Source: Acidimicrobiales bacterium
GTDB taxonomy: Bacteria > Actinomycetota > Acidimicrobiia > Acidimicrobiales > Bin134
Assembly (NCBI GenBank): GCA_965116535.1
Contig: OZ220703.1
Location: forward strand, 961,545-1,025,544
DNA: 64,000 nucleotides
Direction: 5' to 3'
Below, piece after piece: positions 55,441-62,318 of the stretch (positions within the stretch are counted from its first letter, which is position 1; every line of letters starts with the position of its first letter). The notes under the pieces are model-generated. The model was not told where the DNA came from. It made no database searches and saw only the letters and a list, made by a program, of their open reading frames with translations. A program made the position numbers and the translations under genes.

Positions 55441-56661
55441 CTACTTGCCGTGGCCCAGGGGCAACAGGGCGGTTTCGGGGATGAGCTCCACGTTGATGCC
55501 CTCGGGCAGCGGGAATTGGAAGTCGGAGTAGCGGCGCTGGGCGGTGGCTCGGTAGCGATCGGTGGAATGAACCGGATCGGGGTCGTACTCGGGGATGACC
55601 TTGGTGCCGAACACCTCGAGCATCTCGTCGATCTCTTCATGCTCCATGCCCTCGCCAGGGAGGCCGAACACCACCTGGTCGCAGCCCACCGTCTGATAGC
55701 GGGCCACCTGCTCGCACACCTCTTCGGGGTTGCCGCACAGCATGTAGCCGCCGGCGATGGCCCCGTCGAGCATCTCGTCGGTCCATTCGATCTGCGTGGG
55801 CGCCGACGGCCAAGTAATGGCGTCGGGAGACTTGGGCATGGTGTCGTGATAGAGGTTCACCATGGTGACCAGATAGCCCCGCCCCTTGGACTTGGCGATC
55901 TCCCGGGCCCGCTCCCGGTCTTCGAGGCAGATGACCGCGTTGGTCATCATCACGTTGTCGTTCTTGAACTGGCCGATCTGCTCCACCGGGCTGCCGATGG
56001 CCTCCTTGTAGGCGTCGATGCGACCTTTGAGGTTGAAGATGGGCTCGAAGTTGAAGGCAATGGCGCCGATGCCCAGCGAGCCGGCCTTGGCGAACGTGGG
56101 CGGGTTGCCGCACGCCACCCAGATGGGGGGATGGCCGTTGCCGTGGGGCTTGGGCAGCACGTTGTGGGGCTTGGGCACTGAGAAGTGCTCGCCCTCGAAG
56201 CAGTAGTCGCGCTGTTCCCACATGCGGGGAATCTCGCGGATGACCTCGTCCCACATCGACTTGGTTTCCGGGGGGGTGAGTCCTCCAAAGGTGGCTACCT
56301 CGTGGCTGCCCGCTCCCCGCCCGGTGCCGAACTCGAAGCGGTTCTCGGTGATGTGGTCGAGCATGGCGGCCCGCTCGGCAATACGAACCGGGTGCTCTTT
56401 GGCGGTGGGCAGGCTGGTGATGCCGGTGGAGAGATGAATGCGGTCGGTCTTGGCCGCCACATAACCCATGACCGGTGCCGGCGCCGACATGTGGCTGTAC
56501 TCGGTGAGGCAGTGGTGCTCGCCAAACCAGACGTACTTCCAGTTGTACTTGTCGGCGGTGATGGCGTAGTGGGCCTCCCGCATCAAAGCAGTGTGCTCGG
56601 CCTCGGTGTCGTGGGCTGCTGGGCCGGGGATGTAGCCGTTGACGAAAATGCCGAATTCCAT
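55441..56661 (-). CDS. LLM-class (luciferase-like) flavin/F420-dependent monooxygenase
   Basis: MEFGIFVNGY...VWFGEHH...FEFGTGRG pattern. Trimmed to ATG 56661 (GGAGAAG RBS). Confidence 0.8.
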   Translation of the reverse strand: MEFGIFVNGYIPGPAAHDTEAEHTALMREAHYAITADKYNWKYVWFGEHHCLTEYSHMSAPAPVMGYVAAKTDRIHLSTGITSLPTAKEHPVRIAERAAMLDHITENRFEFGTGRGAGSHEVATFGGLTPPETKSMWDEVIREIPRMWEQRDYCFEGEHFSVPKPHNVLPKPHGNGHPPIWVACGNPPTFAKAGSLGIGAIAFNFEPIFNLKGRIDAYKEAIGSPVEQIGQFKNDNVMMTNAVICLEDRERAREIAKSKGRGYLVTMVNLYHDTMPKSPDAITWPSAPTQIEWTDEMLDGAIAGGYMLCGNPEEVCEQVARYQTVGCDQVVFGLPGEGMEHEEIDEMLEVFGTKVIPEYDPDPVHSTDRYRATAQRRYSDFQFPLPEGINVELIPETALLPLGHGK

Positions 56662-56700
56662 AGTCTTCTCCGCATCCTTGGGGAAAGTGGTCGGCAACAG

Positions 56701-56729
56701 TTCTAATGGAATCTATTAGAACCTGTCAA
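56701..56729 (-). promoter_or_regulatory. Candidate promoter (-35 TTGACA) overlapped by a perfect AT-rich palindrome; likely TetR operator of the LLM operon
   Basis: TTCTAAT-N7-ATTAGAA at 56701-56721. TTGACA (minus strand) at 56724-56729. The element lies 40-68 nt upstream of the LLM start. Confidence 0.45.
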
Positions 56730-56730
56730 G

Positions 56731-57678
56731 TCAAGCAGAGCCGATCTGGTGACGCAGCCCTTCAATCCAGTTTTGGGCGTCGGCCCACGCGGTGCTGGCG
56801 GCGTTGCTCCGCTCTTCGTTTCCCCGGATGTTTGTGGGGTAAGAGCCGAGGAACTTCACTTCGCCATGCTTGGCCACAATGCTGGTAAGGCAGTCGGCCA
56901 CTAGCTGGTCAGCCACATGGCCTTCGAGGTCGATGAGGAAGCAGTAGTCGCCCAGTGCCTTTTTGGTGGGTCGAGATTCCAGCTTTGTGAGGTTGATGGA
57001 CCGGGCCGCGAACTCAGCGAGGATGCCCATGAGCGAACCCGATCGGTCGGCGCGCTGGAAGACCACGATGGACGTCTTGTCGTGGCCGGTTGGGGCGGGC
57101 ACGCCGGTGCTCGACACCGCAACGAAACGAGTTTGGTTCTCCGGGTGGTCTTCGATGTCGGTGGCGATCATGTCCAATCCGTAGATTTCCTGCGACAGGG
57201 CGGTGCCGATGGCGGCGGCGGTCTTGTCATTGGAAATAGCGAGGTCGCGGGCCGCGGCGGCGGTGGAATTGGCCGCGATTTCCTCGGCGTGGGGGAGGTT
57301 CTCGGTCAAATAGCGTCGACACTGAGCGGTTGCGACCGGGAAACTGATGACCCGGCGAATCTCTTCCATCGAAGTGCCGGAAAAGCCCAGCAGGTGGAGG
57401 CGAACGTCGATGACTACTTCACGCTGGATGAGCAGGTCATGCTCGAAGATCAGGGCGTCGAGGGCCACATTCACCGTCCCCTCGATGGAGTTCTCGATGG
57501 CGGTGAAGCCCAATGCTGCCCGGCCGTCGGCGGCGGCTCCGAGAACTTCGGGGATGGAACGGCACAGGAGGTGGTCGGCTTCAGCCAAGTCGGTTTGGGT
57601 GAGAAGCGCTTCTTCGGTAAATGTGCCCGGCGGTCCCAGGTAGGCCACTTGGCTTACAGATCGGGCAGAGGCAGTCAC
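56731..57678 (-). CDS. pheA: Prephenate dehydratase
   Basis: VAYLGPPGTFTEEA, NSIEGTV, TRFV, and a C-terminal ACT domain. The start is GTG 57678, or possibly GTG 57648. Confidence 0.9.
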   Translation of the reverse strand: MTASARSVSQVAYLGPPGTFTEEALLTQTDLAEADHLLCRSIPEVLGAAADGRAALGFTAIENSIEGTVNVALDALIFEHDLLIQREVVIDVRLHLLGFSGTSMEEIRRVISFPVATAQCRRYLTENLPHAEEIAANSTAAAARDLAISNDKTAAAIGTALSQEIYGLDMIATDIEDHPENQTRFVAVSSTGVPAPTGHDKTSIVVFQRADRSGSLMGILAEFAARSINLTKLESRPTKKALGDYCFLIDLEGHVADQLVADCLTSIVAKHGEVKFLGSYPTNIRGNEERSNAASTAWADAQNWIEGLRHQIGSA

Positions 57679-57692
57679 AAAAGGGCAGGATA

Positions 57693-58484
57693 GTGGGAGT
57701 GGACGAGGGCTTTATTCGGCAATTGATGGCAAACGTGCGCGACGGCACGGTGACCGCGGACGACGCAGTCCGGCAATTGCGCCGCTTGCCATTTGCCGAT
57801 TTGGGATTTGCCCGGGTGGATCATCATCGCAGCCTTCGCCAAGGACTGGCCGAGGTTGTGTATGGACCGGGCAAGTCACCCGACCAGTGCGCGGCGATTG
57901 TGGAGGAGTTGCTCGACCAGCCGGGGGGCCCGGTGCTGTTGACGCGGGCATCAGCTGAGCAGGCGGCGGCCTCACGGCGCCTCAACCCTGGCGGGGAGCG
58001 CTACGACGCCACGATGGTTTGGCGGCCGGCCCCGCCACGGTCCGAGAAGGTGGTGTTGGCCGCGGCGGGCACTGCTGATCTCCCGGTAGCCGACGAGTGC
58101 GGGGTGGTGCTGGCCGCTCACGGCTTGGCCCCGCAGCGGCTCAACGACGTGGGCGTGGCCGGACTCCATCGAATTCTCGGCGAAGTTGAAGCGTTGGCGG
58201 CCGCTGACGCCGTAGTGGTGGTGGCTGGCATGGAAGGCGCGTTGGCCTCGGTGGTGGGCGGGCTAACCATGGCCCCGGTGGTGGCAGTGCCCACCAGCGC
58301 GGGCTACGGCTCTTCGCTTGAGGGGGTCACCCCGCTGTTGGCCATGCTTTCGTCGTGCGCCGCGGGGGTGACCGTGGTGGGAGTGGACAATGGCTTTGGC
58401 GCAGCCTGCGCGGTGCTGCGTTTGCTCAAATCGAGGGAGCGGGCCGCGACAGATGCCGAGCTGAGTGGAGCAAGCGATGTCTGA
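57693..58484 (+). CDS. larB: Nickel-pincer cofactor biosynthesis protein LarB (PurE-like)
   Basis: ARVDHHRSLRQGLAEVVYGPGK and VVVAGMEGALASVVGGL...VVAVPTSAGYG are typical LarB motifs. GTG start. Confidence 0.8.
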   Translation: MGVDEGFIRQLMANVRDGTVTADDAVRQLRRLPFADLGFARVDHHRSLRQGLAEVVYGPGKSPDQCAAIVEELLDQPGGPVLLTRASAEQAAASRRLNPGGERYDATMVWRPAPPRSEKVVLAAAGTADLPVADECGVVLAAHGLAPQRLNDVGVAGLHRILGEVEALAAADAVVVVAGMEGALASVVGGLTMAPVVAVPTSAGYGSSLEGVTPLLAMLSSCAAGVTVVGVDNGFGAACAVLRLLKSRERAATDAELSGASDV

Positions 58485-59664
58485 TCCAGCACAGATCGCT
58501 TGGTTCCACTGTTTCAGTGGGATTGCCGGCGACATGGCCCTGGGGGCGTTGATCGACGCTGGCGCCGATGTGGCAGAGGTGCGGGATATGTGCGAGCTGC
58601 TGCCTTTGGGCGGGTGGGACCTGCAAGCCCACCCCACCCAACGAGGGGGCATTGCCGCTACCGACGTGCGGGTAATCGCCCAGGAGACATCGGTGGTGCG
58701 CACCGCTAGCCATATCAATGCCCTCATCGGAGAGGCTCGACTGCCTGACCGGGTGGCCGATCGGGCGCTGGCGGTTTTCGACGCTCTGGCCCGGGCTGAG
58801 GGCAAACTGCACCGCCGGCCGCCGGAACAGGTGCATTTCCACGAAGTGGGCGGGCTCGATGCCATCATCGACGTGGTGGGCACCTGCGCCGCATTGGAGG
58901 TGCTGGGCATCGACGAGGTCCACTCCAGCGCGGTGGCGTGCGGGCGGGGGATGATCCGCAGCGCTCACGGCAGGCTGCCCAATCCACCGCCTGCCGTGGT
59001 GGAGTTGCTGGTGGGGTGCCCAACGTTCGGATTAGACGTGGGTTTGGAGCTGACCACGCCGACTGGCGCGGCAATTCTGTCGGCGCTGGCCTCTGGATGG
59101 GGGCCCATGCCGCCGATGACCATCTCGGCCGCTGGCTTCGGAGCGGGCGACAATCAGCTGGAGGATCGCCCCAACCTCACTCAGGTAGTGGTGGGGACCA
59201 TGGCGGCGTCTCGTCCCGCGGGACAGCCGGTGATGCTGTTCGAGACCAACGTGGATGACGCCACCGGAGAAACGCTGGCCCACACGGTGGCAACGCTGTT
59301 GGAAGCGGGGGCCCACGATGCTTGGATCACGCCGATCGTCATGAAGAAGGGACGCCCGGCCTACACGGTGAGTGCGTTGGCTGATCCTGTGCTGGGGGAT
59401 CAGGTGGCGGCAACGCTGGTTGAGGAAACAGGCTCGTTAGGCGTGCGAGGGCAGATGCTAGAGCGGTGGCCTCGGGAGCGTCTTGAGCATGATGTAGATG
59501 TGGATGGGCGGCGAATTCGGGTGAAGGTGAGTGAAGGGCGAGTCAAGGTCGAGCACGATGAGGCGGTGAGGGCTTCGAGCCTGTTGGGGTTGCCGGCGCG
59601 TGAGGTCGTCTCGTTGGCGGAGGAGGCTTGGCGGCGGCAGGGAGACGACGAGCCTGTTGCCTAG
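58465..59664 (+). CDS. larC: Nickel insertion protein LarC (DUF111)
   Basis: IAWFHCFSGIAGDMALGALIDAGAD and HFHEVGGLDAIIDVVG. The start is ATG 58465, or ATG 58477 overlapping the larB stop. Confidence 0.85.
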   Translation: MEQAMSDPAQIAWFHCFSGIAGDMALGALIDAGADVAEVRDMCELLPLGGWDLQAHPTQRGGIAATDVRVIAQETSVVRTASHINALIGEARLPDRVADRALAVFDALARAEGKLHRRPPEQVHFHEVGGLDAIIDVVGTCAALEVLGIDEVHSSAVACGRGMIRSAHGRLPNPPPAVVELLVGCPTFGLDVGLELTTPTGAAILSALASGWGPMPPMTISAAGFGAGDNQLEDRPNLTQVVVGTMAASRPAGQPVMLFETNVDDATGETLAHTVATLLEAGAHDAWITPIVMKKGRPAYTVSALADPVLGDQVAATLVEETGSLGVRGQMLERWPRERLEHDVDVDGRRIRVKVSEGRVKVEHDEAVRASSLLGLPAREVVSLAEEAWRRQGDDEPVA

Positions 59665-59674
59665 TATCGGAGAG

Positions 59675-60391
59675 GTGGAAGAGGAACGGCTCTATTTTCG
59701 GCAACTCTTGTCGGGGCGGGATCTGGCTGTAGGGGACATGATGGCCCGCCAGATGGTGAATTTCGTCTACTTGATCGGAGATCGGGAGACCGGTGAAGCG
59801 GTGGTGGTGGATCCGGCTTACGATCCGCAGGGGATCGTGGATCTGGTGGAGGCTGACGGGATGCGGCTCACGGGGGTGCTGGCCACGCACTACCACCCTG
59901 ATCATGTGGGCGGATCGATGATGCAGTTCGCCATCACCGGCGTGGCCGAATTGTTGGAGCTGGTGTCGGTTCCGGTGCATGTGCAGGCTGATGAGGCCCG
60001 CTATGTGACTATGACGACTGGCATCGGCGAAGACGATCTGTGCCTCCATGCCAGTGGTGATGTGCTGTCGGTGGGGGAGGTGGACATCGAGATGATCCAT
60101 ACGCCGGGCCACACTCCAGGGAGCCAGTGTTTTTTGACCAACGGGCGGCTAGTGGCCGGCGACACGCTGTTCTTAGAAGGATGCGGGAGGACCGACCTGC
60201 CGGGAAGCGATCCTGCGGCAATGTACGAGAGCCTCACCCAGCGCCTAGCCCGGGTGCCCGACACGGCGACGCTGTATCCCGGCCACCTGTACTCCCCTCA
60301 ACCGTCGGCTTCGATGGGGGAGACCCGGCGTACCAACTATGTGTTTATGCCCCGTTCAGCCGAACAGTGGCTGGCCATGTTTGGCGGGTGA
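59675..60391 (+). CDS. MBL-fold metallo-hydrolase (glyoxalase II / persulfide dioxygenase-like)
   Basis: The THYHPDHVGG metal motif and HTPGHTPGS. GTG start with a GGAGAG RBS. Confidence 0.8.
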   Translation: MEEERLYFRQLLSGRDLAVGDMMARQMVNFVYLIGDRETGEAVVVDPAYDPQGIVDLVEADGMRLTGVLATHYHPDHVGGSMMQFAITGVAELLELVSVPVHVQADEARYVTMTTGIGEDDLCLHASGDVLSVGEVDIEMIHTPGHTPGSQCFLTNGRLVAGDTLFLEGCGRTDLPGSDPAAMYESLTQRLARVPDTATLYPGHLYSPQPSASMGETRRTNYVFMPRSAEQWLAMFGG

Positions 60392-60759
60392 TCGAATTGG
60401 GATCGCCATCGAATCCGCTGGCCGCTTTGGACCCCCATGTGGCCGGCCCGCTGGAGGAGTTGGTTCAGGCCCTTGATGGAGTGGGGCTGGATCCCGGATT
60501 GTTGGAGCTCTGCGCTGCCCGCATCGAGCAAATGGTTGGCGGTGGGTCGCTGGCCATGTCTCCGCAAGACGATCGAGAGAGGGTCGTGCTGGCGTTCACC
60601 GAGCAATATGTGCTGGATGCCCACGGGGTGACCGATGAACTGTGCATCGAACTGAACGAGCATCTGTCGGCACCAGAGCTGGCCGCGCTCACCACGGCTA
60701 TTGCCACCTTCGAGGCCCTGGCTCGCACCCGGGCGGTATTGAAAGGAGTCACGGAATGA
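60388..60759 (+). CDS. Carboxymuconolactone decarboxylase (AhpD-like) family protein
   Basis: GTGA overlap with the MBL gene. A 123-aa helical protein. Family assignment is tentative. Confidence 0.5.
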   Translation: MIELGSPSNPLAALDPHVAGPLEELVQALDGVGLDPGLLELCAARIEQMVGGGSLAMSPQDDRERVVLAFTEQYVLDAHGVTDELCIELNEHLSAPELAALTTAIATFEALARTRAVLKGVTE

Positions 60760-61259
60760 CCAGAATCGCCATTCCCGAGGGAGGAATGTCGCTATTCGAC
60801 CATCAGCCCGAGCTGTTTGCGGTTTTCAATCGCTTTTACGGGACGCTGTGGAGTGAGGGGCAACTCGATCAGGCCACCAAGGAGGTGGGCCGGCTCCGCA
60901 ACGCCCGGGTAAACGACTGCAACATTTGAAAGAACCTCCGCTTCGCAGGTGCGAAGCAGCAGGGACTTACCGAAGAACTGGTGGATCAGATCGACGACGG
61001 GTACGCCGGCAGCGACTTACCCGATCGACTGAAGCTGGCCTTGCGAATGGCCGACGCGGTTATCTCCGATCCGTCAGGACTAAGCGCAGCCGACCAGGCC
61101 GCGCTGAGCGAAGAATTCACCCCAGCCGAACTGGCTGAACTGGCTTTAACGGTGGCCATGGCCGCAGGCTTCTCCAAGGCGGCCATCGCCTGGGGCCCGC
61201 CCCCGGTCATCCCCGTCACCGAAGTCCCCACCCCCACGCCCGACGGGACCGTGGGCTGA
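60756..61259 (+). CDS. AhpD/CMD-family protein with in-frame TGA (60927-60929), a predicted selenocysteine in a C-N-I-U motif
   Basis: ATGA overlap with the upstream gene and a GAAAGGAG RBS. Track ORFs 60642..60929 and 60981..61259 are in the same frame, separated only by the TGA. A SECIS-like hairpin follows the TGA. Confidence 0.6.
60935..60963 (+). other. Bacterial SECIS-like stem-loop
   Basis: A perfect 7-bp stem at 60940-60946/60951-60957 (GCTTCGC/GCGAAGC) carries an AGGT loop. The loop Gs lie 19-20 nt after the UGA. A lower stem CCT/AGG is possible. Confidence 0.55.
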
Positions 61260-61262
61260 GAG

Positions 61263-61346
<84 letters not shown>

Positions 61347-61423
61347 TGATTGTCGGGGTGGTCAGCGTACAAGACGGGCGCGCCGATCAGTAACCGGGTT
61401 GTCCTTCTGTCGTTGCATCTGCA

Positions 61424-61452
61424 CTGACAGCTATAGCAACTCTGGTTATAGT
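61424..61452 (+). promoter_or_regulatory. Candidate promoter CTGACA-17-TATAGT upstream of the PP2C phosphatase gene
   Basis: -35 at 61424-61429, -10 at 61447-61452, with a 17-nt spacer. Confidence 0.45.
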
Positions 61453-61490
61453 CCTGCGCAAGGTAGGAGCATCACGGCCATGGAACTCTG

Positions 61491-62285
61491 ATGATCCGGC
61501 TAGAAGTGGGGCAAGCCACCGACCGAGGCCGACGTCGAGAAAAAAACGAGGATTCGATGTTGGTTGCCAACAACCTCTTTGCGGTTGCCGACGGTTTGGG
61601 CGGTCATCGGGGGGGAGAGGTGGCGTCGGCATTGGCAGTGAAGACACTGGCTGATGAGGTACATGCCGCGGTTGAGGCTCGCACTGCCGCTCGCCGCCGA
61701 TCGCTCCGCCGCCGCCACCTGCCGTCACCTGCTCCCACGGTGGAGGAGTTGTTGGTTGCCGTAGACCGGGCTAACGAGGTGATCTTGGCCAAGTCGAAGT
61801 CGGACCTCGAGTTGGCCGGCATGGGTACCACCCTCTGTGCGCTAGCCGTGGTCGAGCACGACGACAGCGAAGCGCTGGGCGTGGTGAACGTTGGCGACTC
61901 CCGCGTCTACCGGTGCGACGAGAGCGGGCTCCACCAATTGACAGAAGACCATACTGTCGTGCAAGAGATGTTGAAGGCGGGGATGATCACACCGGAAGAA
62001 GCTGAAATGCATGAAAGCCGGAACCATCTCAGCCGGGCACTGGGAATTGAGTCGAAGGTGGCGGTGGACGACTGGATGTTGGAGCCGGTGAGCGGACACC
62101 GCTACCTGCTGTGTTCCGATGGCCTTACCCACGAAGTGGCCGATCGGGATATACACGCAGCTTTGCTCCAATTCGATGTACCGGACGAAGCGGCGAGTGC
62201 GCTGGTGGACCTGGCTTTGCGTGCGGGCGGAAGCGACAACATCACTGTGGTGGTGGTGGATATAGCTGATTTAGCCCTCCAATAA
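61491..62285 (+). CDS. PP2C-family Ser/Thr protein phosphatase (soluble, no TM tail)
   Basis: TDRGRRREKNEDS, FAVADGLGGHRGGEVAS and GGSDNITVVVVD motifs. Confidence 0.9.
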   Translation: MIRLEVGQATDRGRRREKNEDSMLVANNLFAVADGLGGHRGGEVASALAVKTLADEVHAAVEARTAARRRSLRRRHLPSPAPTVEELLVAVDRANEVILAKSKSDLELAGMGTTLCALAVVEHDDSEALGVVNVGDSRVYRCDESGLHQLTEDHTVVQEMLKAGMITPEEAEMHESRNHLSRALGIESKVAVDDWMLEPVSGHRYLLCSDGLTHEVADRDIHAALLQFDVPDEAASALVDLALRAGGSDNITVVVVDIADLALQ

Positions 62286-62318
62286 ATCGGGCAAATCAAC
62301 AAGTACGCTGTTTTCGCC

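Noticed and set aside
54364-56181. 605-aa plus-strand ORF
   Set aside because: It runs antisense across the MaoC, TetR and LLM genes, all of which have recognisable family motifs.
60927-60980. Interpreting 60756..60929 and 60981..61259 as two separate small genes, or as a pseudogene broken by a nonsense mutation
   Set aside because: This is not fully excluded, but it is less likely. The second ORF would start at an internal GTG without an RBS. The frame is continuous, the TGA falls in a CxxC-type position, and a SECIS-like hairpin follows at the right distance.
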